Source: a virus. Taken from it: DNA of 37,906 bases. Each line of letters opens with the position of its first letter. The stretch's first letter is position 1. Positions 26,459-34,613 of this stretch are shown piece by piece. The position numbers and the translations under genes are program-made. The stretch covers positions 1 through 37,906 of IMG/VR virus record IMGVR_UViG_3300045988_117186; one strand, given 5' to 3'. The notes below the pieces were generated by a model that did not search any database, was not told the DNA's origin, and was given only the letters and a program-made list of their open reading frames with translations.

Positions 26459-26469
26459 GAGGTGGCAAC

Positions 26470-29400
26470 ATGAGAGACTATGACATAGAAAGTGATCTAA
26501 AACAAGAGAAATTTCAATCCATTAAATTAGTACAGGGAGACAGGGGTAATAAAATTAAAATAAATGTGTATGAAGATGGGCAACCAGTAAATCTAACTGG
26601 TTGCTCTATTACTGCTAAATATAAAAGAGCAGATGGACAAGTAATAAATGGATCCGTAACAAATATATCTAATAATTCATTTGATGCTGTAATAGATAGT
26701 GATATAACAAAAGTAGTAGGTAATTTAAAAATGTTATTTAGTATCGAAAAAGACGATGTAAAAGTAAGTACATTCTTATTATTAGCAAAGGTAAAGGAAG
26801 GCATAGGAGAAAGTACAGGAGGCTCAACTGGAGGAAGTACAGGAGGTGGAGAAGTGACAGTAGATCTTAGCAATTATTATAAAAAAAGTGAGACTTATAG
26901 TAAAAGTCAAATTGATTCGCAATTTAAAGATATTGTGAACAATTTTAAATTAGTTGCAGGCGCTAATAACGCTATAAAATTAATGTTCGGAACAAAAGAA
27001 CTATCTAGTATTACCATAAATGGTGGTACAGTAGACCCAACGCCAACACCTAATACTTATACTGTAACTAATAATTTGTCCAACGCTAGTACCTCAAATA
27101 GTGCTACATCTGTAAAAGAAGGTACATCTTATAGTGCTACCATAACTGCTGACAGCAATTATAGAATAAAAAATGTAATAGTACTTATGGGAGGAGTAGA
27201 TATTACAAATAGTGCTTATTCAGGGGGAAGAATATCTATATCTGCGGTTACTGGAAATATTAGTATAACAGTTACTACTGAATATGTTTCAAGTGAAGTA
27301 ACAAGATATACTATAACTAATAATCTATCACATGCTAAAAATAGTAATACTGCAACATCTATAGAAGAAAGAGCCTCTTATAATGCTACTATAACTGCCG
27401 ATAGCAATTATAGAATAAAAAATGTAACAGTAACTATGTACGGTACAGATATTACAGATTCTGTTTATTCGGGTGGTAGAATAATTATAGATAGAGTTAT
27501 TGGAGACATAGTCATAACAGTTACTACTGAATACGTTTCAAGTGGAGGCGACGAAGATTTATCAAAATTAGACGGAATATTACAAGATAGATTATTAGTA
27601 TGGCATGATGAATTTGATGGTCAAACATTAGATACTAATAAATGGAGATATGCAACCCATAATAGTGGAGGTAGTGAACAACAAGCATATACTGTAAATA
27701 GAACAGAAAATGTTAGATTAGAAAACAGTAACTTAATATTAGAAGCGAAAAAAGACAGCTATGTTAGTGGTTGGACATGGAGTAGTGGTAGAATAGACAC
27801 AAGTGGATTAGCAGGGTTCAAATATGGTAGATTAGAAGCAAAATTAAAATATGATGTTGTATCTGGTGCATTCCCAGCATTTTGGACAATTGGTACTTGT
27901 GCATATTATCCAACAGGAGAAAATATACACGGTGTCAAAAAGAGTCTAGGAACTCAATGGGCACAAAATGGTGAAATTGATATGTTCGAAGGTAGAGGAA
28001 CTAGTAATATAATCAGTCAAGGTGGTTGGTATAATCAAGATGACGGAAAAGGTAATATGACCCTGGAATTTGGTAGTAAAAATATTGATGCCTCTCAATA
28101 TCATGTATATGCTGTAGAATGGACAGAAACAACAATGATTGCATATATAGATGGTGTTGAAACTGGAAGAAAAGATATATCTAATATAGCGTCATGGCAT
28201 AGACCAATGTACATTATATTAAATATGGCAGTAGGTTCTGTAGGTGGATACCCTATTGATGACTGTACTTCAATAAAAATGGAAGTAGACTGGGTTAGAG
28301 TTTATGCACCAGTTGGAGTTACACAAAAAGTAGATGTTCAATCTATTTCATTAAGTCAAACTAATGTATCACTTAATATGGGTGATGACCCTATTGATGT
28401 ATATTACACAGTAAATCCTTCTACAGCTTGGGATAACAATGTTAACTATGAATCAAGCAATCCTAATGTAGCAACTGTGTATGGTTCAAGAATAACTCCA
28501 GTAGGCAAAGGTAGCTGTAAAATAACAGCTAGAGCTACAAACGGAGTTACAGCAACTATTAATGTAACAGTAGCAGAAAATGCTAATATAAACTCTACAG
28601 CTATATCCTTAAATAAAAATACGTTAGAAATTTATGAAGGAACTAGTAGCACACTTATTGCAACAGCTACACCTGCCAACCATACGGACTCAATTCTTTG
28701 GAAATCAAGTAATACTGATGTAGCGACTGTAAATGACGGGGTTGTTACATGTAAAACTAAAGGTGTTTGTACTATAACTGCATATTCAAGTGCAAATGAA
28801 AATGTAAAAGCTGAATGTGCCGTAACAGTAAAAGAAGCAGTTCAACTTACAGGACATACAACAAATGGATTAACATTACAACTTGATAGAAATGGTATGA
28901 CTAGTACAACTTGGAAAAATAAAATAGATAATGTTGCACTACAATGGAAAGTCGCAAATAATAACTCCACTGATATAGCATCATATATGAAATTTGACGG
29001 AGATAGTTTCTATTGGGAAGGAGCAAATTATAAAGACCATTTAACATTAGATGGATTTAAGAATTACTATGATTTTGGCGAATCACAAACCGTAATACTT
29101 GCAGGTGATTTCACTAATGCTGTAAATCCTATATTCTCTAATAAACAAAAATTATCTCAAAAAGATAATCTAGCTTCTCTGAACGGCAACGGAATATTAT
29201 ATTCTGATGCAAGTGGTGCTAAATTAGGCTCAATAAACGTTAAAGATGGAACTTATAATATAAATGGTTGTATAGCATTAAGATATAATAAACAAACTTT
29301 AAGAGTAGATTGTGATAAAATGGCATTTACAGATAGTGCTGTAACAAATATGAACACAACATTATCATCAGCATTTAGTCAAGGAACTTATCCTGCGTTA

Positions 29401-29520
29401 TTAGGAAATGTAGCTACTGCTAAAATATATTGGAAAGTGGTATTAGTATATAATAGAGTACTAACAAATGAAGAAGTACAAACTGCTATGTCAGCAATAA
29501 AAACATTTTTAGCTAATTAA
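26470..29520 (+). CDS. Baseplate upper/receptor-binding protein: BppU N-domain, 2x 83-aa repeat, GH16 glycoside hydrolase, 2x Big_2, LamG-like C-domain
   Basis: BppU-like N-terminus (IKLVQGDRGNKIKINVYEDGQPVNLTG). GH16 motifs WHDEFDG and GEIDMFE (27970-27990). Big_2 repeats (SSNPNVATV, SSNTDVATV). The C-terminus VLVYNRVLTNEEVQ is typical of LamG_3. Confidence 0.8.
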   Translation: MRDYDIESDLKQEKFQSIKLVQGDRGNKIKINVYEDGQPVNLTGCSITAKYKRADGQVINGSVTNISNNSFDAVIDSDITKVVGNLKMLFSIEKDDVKVSTFLLLAKVKEGIGESTGGSTGGSTGGGEVTVDLSNYYKKSETYSKSQIDSQFKDIVNNFKLVAGANNAIKLMFGTKELSSITINGGTVDPTPTPNTYTVTNNLSNASTSNSATSVKEGTSYSATITADSNYRIKNVIVLMGGVDITNSAYSGGRISISAVTGNISITVTTEYVSSEVTRYTITNNLSHAKNSNTATSIEERASYNATITADSNYRIKNVTVTMYGTDITDSVYSGGRIIIDRVIGDIVITVTTEYVSSGGDEDLSKLDGILQDRLLVWHDEFDGQTLDTNKWRYATHNSGGSEQQAYTVNRTENVRLENSNLILEAKKDSYVSGWTWSSGRIDTSGLAGFKYGRLEAKLKYDVVSGAFPAFWTIGTCAYYPTGENIHGVKKSLGTQWAQNGEIDMFEGRGTSNIISQGGWYNQDDGKGNMTLEFGSKNIDASQYHVYAVEWTETTMIAYIDGVETGRKDISNIASWHRPMYIILNMAVGSVGGYPIDDCTSIKMEVDWVRVYAPVGVTQKVDVQSISLSQTNVSLNMGDDPIDVYYTVNPSTAWDNNVNYESSNPNVATVYGSRITPVGKGSCKITARATNGVTATINVTVAENANINSTAISLNKNTLEIYEGTSSTLIATATPANHTDSILWKSSNTDVATVNDGVVTCKTKGVCTITAYSSANENVKAECAVTVKEAVQLTGHTTNGLTLQLDRNGMTSTTWKNKIDNVALQWKVANNNSTDIASYMKFDGDSFYWEGANYKDHLTLDGFKNYYDFGESQTVILAGDFTNAVNPIFSNKQKLSQKDNLASLNGNGILYSDASGAKLGSINVKDGTYNINGCIALRYNKQTLRVDCDKMAFTDSAVTNMNTTLSSAFSQGTYPALLGNVATAKIYWKVVLVYNRVLTNEEVQTAMSAIKTFLAN
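27055..27543 (+). repeat. In-frame tandem duplication (2 x 249 nt = 83 aa) inside the receptor-binding protein gene
   Basis: Copy 1 (27055-27303) is TYTVTNNLSNAS..ITVTTEYVSS. Copy 2 (27304-~27543) is RYTITNNLSHAK..ITVTTEYVSS. The copies are diverged, with about 60-70% identical residues by eye. Confidence 0.85.
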
Positions 29521-29567
29521 GTATTACGCAATATAAAAAGATTGCGAACTTAAATTTCCCTATTTTA

Positions 29568-29596
29568 TTGCAAAATCTAACTTTTTTCTATACTAT
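29568..29596 (+). promoter_or_regulatory. Candidate promoter of a single-gene moron
   Basis: TTGCAA (29568-29573), 17 nt, TACTAT (29591-29596). Confidence 0.45.
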
Positions 29597-29620
29597 TTAT
29601 GGTAGAAGAGGGGTGAAGGT

Positions 29621-29833
29621 ATGGCAAAAAGAATGGTAATATTATTATACGAAGGAGAAGGGAGTACTCCATTAGAATTATTTTTAGAAGAAGGGGAGGA
29701 AAATTTCTTACTTAAATCAGATAGTGTAACTTATAATGGAATTAAATTTAAAATCAATGAATTTGTCTTTGATTTTTTGAACGACAAATATAGTGGAATG
29801 AATACAGTTTCTTTGTATTGTGAAAGAATATAA
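29621..29833 (+). CDS. Hypothetical protein (70 aa), moron-like unit
   Basis: SD gaggggtgaagg. Flanked by a candidate promoter and a strong terminator. No recognisable motif. Confidence 0.6.
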   Translation: MAKRMVILLYEGEGSTPLELFLEEGEENFLLKSDSVTYNGIKFKINEFVFDFLNDKYSGMNTVSLYCERI

Positions 29834-29854
29834 AGAATAAATAAGCAAGATCAT

Positions 29855-29886
29855 AAAGAGTAGCTATTAAGTTAGCTGCTCTTTTT
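29855..29886 (+). terminator. Strong intrinsic terminator after the 70-aa ORF
   Basis: 12-bp stem AAAGAGTAGCTA/TAGCTGCTCTTT (one G-U pair), loop TTAAGT, followed by a T-run. Confidence 0.8.
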
Positions 29887-29906
29887 ATATAAGAAAGGAG
29901 TTTTGC

Positions 29907-30140
29907 ATGAATGATGAATGGTTGAAAGATACATTAAAAAGACACGATGAAAGACTGCAAAGGCATTCTGAAAGAATAGACAAACTAGAAAATACACAGG
30001 CAGAAATGGCAGTAAAAATAGAAAATCTATGCAATACAATAGACAAATTAGCAATCAACTTAAACAAACTAACTTATGCAATTATAACAGCATTGGTTAG
30101 TTTTTTCTTTTATGCAATTCAAAATAATTTATTTAAATAG
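29907..30140 (+). CDS. xhlA: XhlA-like lysis-associated membrane protein
   Basis: A coiled-coil N-terminus (LKRHDERLQRHSERIDKLE) plus a C-terminal TM is the XhlA architecture. It precedes the holin gene. Confidence 0.7.
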   Translation: MNDEWLKDTLKRHDERLQRHSERIDKLENTQAEMAVKIENLCNTIDKLAINLNKLTYAIITALVSFFFYAIQNNLFK

Positions 30141-30149
30141 GAGGTAAAT

Positions 30150-30407
30150 ATGTTTGATTTAAATTTATTAGGCAACTATTTAGTTTTAGTTGTAGTTGGT
30201 ATTTGTGTATGTATAGGATATGTAATTAAAACAAGTTTTAGTTTTATAGAAAATAAATATATACCTTGCATTATGGCACTTTTAGGATGTGCTTTAAACG
30301 TATGGATAAGTGGTGGTATTAGTCCAGAGGTTATATTAGGTGGTTTATTTAGTGGTTTGGCATCTACAGGCTTACATCAAGCTTTTAAGAATTTGATAGA
30401 AAAATAG
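30150..30407 (+). CDS. Holin (phi LC3-like)
   Basis: 85 aa with 2-3 TM segments. The C-terminal motif GLFSGLASTGLHQAFKNL is typical of this holin family. Confidence 0.8.
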   Translation: MFDLNLLGNYLVLVVVGICVCIGYVIKTSFSFIENKYIPCIMALLGCALNVWISGGISPEVILGGLFSGLASTGLHQAFKNLIEK

Positions 30408-30433
30408 GTATAAACATAAGGCAAATAATTTAC

Positions 30434-30482
30434 AAGGTGCTTAGAAAGCTAACTAGGAGGTCGGTTTTTAAGCACCTTTTAT
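30434..30482 (+). other. Long-loop hairpin between the holin and endolysin genes
   Basis: 10-bp stem AAGGTGCTTA/TAAGCACCTT with a 25-nt loop, followed by ttttat. Confidence 0.4.
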
Positions 30483-30503
30483 ATTAAATCAAGGAGATGA
30501 TTA

Positions 30504-31328
30504 ATGATGGTGCAAAAACCAGAAATGATAGAAAAATTTATGAAAATCAATAAATATGGTAGACCTGGAACTAAAAGAAGTAAAACAACTAAAATAGCAT
30601 GGCATTTTACAGGACAACATGATGTTCCTGCTAAAAATACAGTAAGTTATTTTTCTAACGTTGTAGCTAATGGGTATAAAGTAAATGGTAAATATATATA
30701 TGCTAGTTCCCATTATGTAATGGGGCTTGAAGGAGAAATATATTACATAGTACCAGAGACAGAAATAGCATATACAACTAATAGTGCTAATGCTTATAGT
30801 ATAGGAGTAGAATGTGCTACTACAGGTGTGGATGACCATTATACAGATGAAGAGTATAAAAGTATGGTTAAACTAGGCGCTTATTTAGCTTGTAAATATA
30901 AATTAGATCCAAGAAAAGATTTTATAAGACATTATGATGTTACAGGTAAAATTTGTCCTAGATATTTTGTTAATAATGTTAAAGCATGGGAACAATTTAA
31001 ATTAGATTGTTATAACTATTTAAATGGCCTAGTAAAGGAAAAAGATATTGTAAACTGTACAAACGGAAAAGGTAAAGTTACAAAAGTTACAACAGTAGCA
31101 ACTAATCCGACTAAAAAACAATATGTAAAAATATTAATAGATGGATTAAATATACATAAAACTGCAGATTTTAAAGCTGAATCTGTATGTGGTACAGTTC
31201 CTAAAGGAGGATTATATACAGTAGCAGAAGAAATAACAGATACTGGATGCTCAACTCATATGTATAAGCTTAAATCAGGTGTTTATATAACCGCATCTAA
31301 AAAGTATGTACAATTAATAGAAAAATAG
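30504..31328 (+). CDS. Endolysin: N-acetylmuramoyl-L-alanine amidase (Amidase_2/PGRP) with C-terminal SH3-like wall-binding domain
   Basis: IAWHFTG..SSHYVMG..YSIGVECA..IRHYDVTGKICP is the Amidase_2 pattern. SD aaggag. Confidence 0.9.
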   Translation: MMVQKPEMIEKFMKINKYGRPGTKRSKTTKIAWHFTGQHDVPAKNTVSYFSNVVANGYKVNGKYIYASSHYVMGLEGEIYYIVPETEIAYTTNSANAYSIGVECATTGVDDHYTDEEYKSMVKLGAYLACKYKLDPRKDFIRHYDVTGKICPRYFVNNVKAWEQFKLDCYNYLNGLVKEKDIVNCTNGKGKVTKVTTVATNPTKKQYVKILIDGLNIHKTADFKAESVCGTVPKGGLYTVAEEITDTGCSTHMYKLKSGVYITASKKYVQLIEK

Positions 31329-31380
31329 GTATAAAAGTATAATAATAGGCCTATACTCCGATTAAAAGGAGGTATCGGCC

Positions 31381-31464
31381 ATGAATAAAATTATCTTAGA
31401 AGTGGCAGGGCGTATAGCATACTTTGGTATTGGTGTATTGTGTGCTATGTTGTTCATAGTATAA
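31381..31464 (+). CDS. Small single-TM peptide (27 aa), not in the ORF track
   Basis: SD aaaggagg lies 7 nt upstream. Translation MNKIILEVAGRIAYFGIGVLCAMLFIV*. Confidence 0.45.
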   Translation: MNKIILEVAGRIAYFGIGVLCAMLFIV

Positions 31465-31467
31465 AAT

Positions 31468-31503
31468 AAGGCTAGGGAAGTTATTTTCCTTAGCTTATTT
31501 TAT
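31468..31503. terminator. Bidirectional terminator between the lysis cassette and the integrase gene
   Basis: Imperfect ~11-bp stem AAGGCTAGGGAA/TTCCTTAGCTT, with T-runs on both strands. Confidence 0.55.
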
Positions 31504-31549
31504 GTATAGCATTAACGAACCTATTCATATGCACATCAATGCTATACAT
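31502..31549. repeat. Perfect 12-bp inverted repeat separated by 24 nt (candidate attP core)
   Basis: ATGTATAGCATT (31502-31513) and AATGCTATACAT (31538-31549). It ends 5 nt from the integrase stop codon. Confidence 0.45.
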
Positions 31550-31554
31550 AATAA

Positions 31555-33081
31555 TTATATATTTAGTGTTATTTCTAACTCGAAGTAATCCTCATTGCTG
31601 CCTTTTTTACTTTTTTTCTTTTTAGCATAAGTTATTTCTTTTATAATGCTTTTTAACAATTCGTTTTTTCCTTCTATACTAAGAATATTATAATTTTTTA
31701 ATACATTTTCTAATTTAGGTATTAGTTTTTTTATTTTTATAACTTTATCGCTACCAAATTCTTTTTCTAATACTTTTTTATTTTCTTCTAGTATTTTGAT
31801 TTTATCTTTTATTTTACTGGTCCTATCTTTATAAACTTCTATAGTATATACATCTTGTTCTAAAAATGTACAGCATTTTTCAAATTGCTTATTTAGTTTC
31901 TCAATTTCTTTTTCAATTCTTTTTAGATCATTGTCTACATTTCTTTTTTCTTTTATCGTTTCTTGCTCATAATTATCTACATAATATTCATAATCAGATA
32001 ACATATTTGATAATGCTTGTAAAATATGTTCTTCAACTCTATTTAGATAAGAACCTATATTTTTACATCCAGTAGTAGAACAATATAAGAAATCACCTTG
32101 AGAACATCTTCTTTTTACCATGATTCTATTACATTCAGAGCATCTTATTAGCCCAGCAAGTGGATTACTAAGTGGCAAATCAAAGTTAGATTTATGTTGC
32201 TTTCTAGAATTTAATATATCTTGTACCTTTTCAAATTTGTGCAAAGGTATAATTGCTTCATGCAGTCCTTTATAATATTCAACATCTTTATTTACTGGTC
32301 TAGATTTTTTTACATTACCTTTTGCATCTATATATTTCTTATATTTTCTTTCTCCATGTTTGAGATATCCAGCTACTACATTGCTTGTTAATATATTTTT
32401 TACTGAGTTGTAACTCCATACACGACCACTTCTAGTAGGATAGCCTCCTTGATTAAGCCTTTTCGCTATTATGCTAGCACCAATATTATCTTCCAGAAAC
32501 CATTTAAATATTAATTTTACTATATGTGCTTCTTCTTCGTTGATTGTAAGTTTAAAGCCATTTTCTCCCTCTAATTTCTCCTTGTTATAGCCATAAGGAA
32601 GAATAGAGCCTATGTATTTACCTTGTTTTACGGATTGTTCACGACCTCGTTGCATACGTTTCGTGATAGTTTTATATTCCCTTCTAGACATGAACAGTCC
32701 GAAGTCGACCATTTCTTCATCGAACTCATTGTTTGCAAGGTCATAAGTCTTACTTGGTGTAATTATTTTACATTCCGCAGCAGTAAAGGTACTAGATACA
32801 ATTTCTTGGTCTATCTTACTACCTCTACATAACCTTGATAATTCAGTGCAAAAAACACCTTCATATAATCCCTCAGATACTTTTTCTAGTAGGTCCTGCA
32901 TCTTTGGACGGATAGAAATACTATCTCCAGTTTCTATTTCTCGAAATATATTTTCTTCTTCTATCTGTATTTTTAACTTGTCAGCCAATTCCGTTAGCAT
33001 ATTGTAATGATTTTTTAGAACCTTTTCTAATGGAATATCCTTATCATCAGCACGGCTTTTCCTTAAATACATTGCATACAT
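31555..33081 (-). CDS. int: Large serine recombinase (phage integrase)
   Basis: The N-terminal resolvase motif AMYLRKSRADD carries the catalytic Ser. It also has a recombinase domain, the zinc ribbon CSECNRIMVKRRCSQGDFLYCSTTGC, and a coiled-coil C-terminus. Confidence 0.9.
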   Translation of the reverse strand: MYAMYLRKSRADDKDIPLEKVLKNHYNMLTELADKLKIQIEEENIFREIETGDSISIRPKMQDLLEKVSEGLYEGVFCTELSRLCRGSKIDQEIVSSTFTAAECKIITPSKTYDLANNEFDEEMVDFGLFMSRREYKTITKRMQRGREQSVKQGKYIGSILPYGYNKEKLEGENGFKLTINEEEAHIVKLIFKWFLEDNIGASIIAKRLNQGGYPTRSGRVWSYNSVKNILTSNVVAGYLKHGERKYKKYIDAKGNVKKSRPVNKDVEYYKGLHEAIIPLHKFEKVQDILNSRKQHKSNFDLPLSNPLAGLIRCSECNRIMVKRRCSQGDFLYCSTTGCKNIGSYLNRVEEHILQALSNMLSDYEYYVDNYEQETIKEKRNVDNDLKRIEKEIEKLNKQFEKCCTFLEQDVYTIEVYKDRTSKIKDKIKILEENKKVLEKEFGSDKVIKIKKLIPKLENVLKNYNILSIEGKNELLKSIIKEITYAKKKKSKKGSNEDYFELEITLNI

Positions 33082-33146
33082 CTTATTTCCTCCTAATTAA
33101 AAAGAGCAGCTGGTAAAACTGCCCTGATGTTTATCTATATTATTTA

Positions 33147-33572
33147 TTATTTTAAACTTTGGTGTATATATACATCATTTGCATATGTATTTACTATCTC
33201 ATTAGCAACTATGTTACCATCTTTTATGCCTTGGATAGTTTTATTATCTAATGTAAATGATACGACTTTTTCTTCTTTACCATTATCCATATCTGCAACA
33301 GCCCAGTAATCTATTTTATCATACTTATCGCAACCTTGATTTTTTATAAGATCTTCTACATTATAACCATTTTGGTCGATAGTTAACTTGTTAGTAGTAG
33401 AAGGTTTAATTTTAACTTTTATAACTAATCCGTTATCATCTGTTTCATTTGATTCTAGATACTCGCCATGTAAAATAGTATATTCTCCCTTATCATTAGA
33501 GCCACTGCTGGAGCAACCTGCTACTCCAATACACATAATAATACATAGCATTATACTTAATATTTTCTTCAT
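33147..33572 (-). CDS. Prophage lipoprotein (candidate superinfection-exclusion / conversion factor)
   Basis: I prefer the ATG at 33572: MKKILSIMLCIIMCIGVAGCSSS has a signal peptide with lipobox VAGC. Confidence 0.75.
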   Translation of the reverse strand: MKKILSIMLCIIMCIGVAGCSSSGSNDKGEYTILHGEYLESNETDDNGLVIKVKIKPSTTNKLTIDQNGYNVEDLIKNQGCDKYDKIDYWAVADMDNGKEEKVVSFTLDNKTIQGIKDGNIVANEIVNTYANDVYIHQSLK

Positions 33573-33591
33573 AACTCCCCACTCTCCTTTT

Positions 33592-33702
33592 TTATTTTGC
33601 ATTAAATCCCGCATTAAATCCAGCTTTAAAACCAGGCATACCAGCTATAATTATTACTAAAACTACTATAACTAATACCGCAATAATTGCTTTCTTTTTC
33701 AT
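33592..33702 (-). CDS. Small single-TM protein (36 aa), not in the ORF track
   Basis: Reverse-complement translation MKKKAIIAVLVIVVLVIIIAGMPGFKAGFNAGFNAK*. SD aaggggtg lies 6 nt upstream. Confidence 0.5.
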   Translation of the reverse strand: MKKKAIIAVLVIVVLVIIIAGMPGFKAGFNAGFNAK

Positions 33703-33962
33703 AATATCACCCCTTAATATTTTTTCTTAAATTGTAGCAGAAAGCCATATTTATAGCATTACTTTCCAATATAATTTGATAAAAAATTAATTTTTCCCCT
33801 ATATACATGTAAAATATTCTGAAACACTTTTTTGACTTAATGTTTAGTAGTATAATAACATTATAAATATTTCGAAAAAATAATATATATAACTTATAAC
33901 TTGGTGTATAATATATATAAAGAATAAAATAGAACATTTGTTTGCGTTAAGGGGGAATCTAT

Positions 33963-34079
33963 TTGGAAGAAAAGAGTGTATCACTAAAAAACAAAGAAGA
34001 GATATTATTAGTAGACGATGAAATATTAGAAGATATAATAAAAAAAATGCAAAAACAAGTAGAAAATAAAACTGTGTAA
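33963..34079 (+). CDS. Small acidic hypothetical protein (38 aa, TTG start), not in the ORF track
   Basis: SD aaggggga lies 7 nt upstream of the TTG. It is convergent with the repressor gene. Confidence 0.3.
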   Translation: MEEKSVSLKNKEEILLVDDEILEDIIKKMQKQVENKTV

Positions 34080-34080
34080 A

Positions 34081-34110
34081 AAAGAGGGGCTTAGAATTAA
34101 GTCCCTCTTT
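34081..34110. terminator. Bidirectional terminator at the 3' end of the repressor gene
   Basis: 13-bp stem AAAGAGGGGCTTA-gaat-TAAGTCCCTCTTT (one G-U pair), with A/T runs on both sides. Confidence 0.7.
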
Positions 34111-34435
34111 TCATGCTTATTACAAGCCTTATTATGTTATCAAATTCTTCATCAGATAGCTGGTCTGCCAGTCTAAGCGCTTGTTTTTGCTTTTCTGTTA
34201 GATCTTCAATAGGTTTTTTATTTTCATTAATACCTAGCAAATAATCAACTGTAACATCAAAGAATTTTGCTAGTTTAAATAGAGTATCTGAATCACATTT
34301 TCTTCTATTGTTTTCCCAGTTATTGACAGTCTGTTTACTCACATTTAGGGCTTTGCCTAAATCTTCTTGCGTAATATCTTTTTCCAGTCGCAATTCCCTC
34401 AATATATCTCCTTGTGTTTTACTCATATTTTTCAT
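34097..34435 (-). CDS. cI-like XRE-family HTH repressor
   Basis: LRELRLEKDITQEDLGKALNVSKQTVNNWENNRR is an HTH_3 motif. It is divergent from the early operon. Confidence 0.85.
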   Translation of the reverse strand: MKNMSKTQGDILRELRLEKDITQEDLGKALNVSKQTVNNWENNRRKCDSDTLFKLAKFFDVTVDYLLGINENKKPIEDLTEKQKQALRLADQLSDEEFDNIIRLVISMKRGT

Positions 34436-34584
34436 TCCTTCCAGTCATTTCCTTCTTATATAATATTCTACTTTATGAATACTATTCCCTCTAAATTATA
34501 AAGTAATTATAACATATTTGATTATACGAATAATTGTTATTTCAAGAAAATATAACAACGCGAAAACTTTTTTTGAAAATACTG

Positions 34585-34613
34585 TTGACAAGTACACGAA
34601 ACGTATATATAAT
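34585..34613 (+). promoter_or_regulatory. Consensus early promoter (PR-like)
   Basis: TTGACA (34585-34590), 17 nt, TATAAT (34608-34613), located 33 nt upstream of the Cro-like ATG. Confidence 0.75.

Noticed and set aside
27055-27543. Tandem 249-nt repeats as a DGR template/variable pair or a CRISPR-like array
   Set aside because: No reverse transcriptase is present in the genome. The differences between the copies are of all substitution types, not adenine-specific. The copies are in frame within one gene. This is an ordinary domain duplication.
30501-30839. 112-aa minus-strand ORF overlapping the endolysin 5' region (similar ones at 24890-25813 in Tal and 26514-26873 in the RBP gene)
   Set aside because: These are antisense shadows of confidently assigned genes. 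Those in Tal and the RBP gene mirror the Gly/Ser linker codons as Pro/Glu-rich runs.
33707-33937. 76-aa minus-strand ORF in the AT-rich gap upstream of the lipoprotein operon
   Set aside because: The composition is extreme in Ile/Tyr/Phe/Asn and there is no SD. It overlaps the likely promoter region. Probably non-coding.
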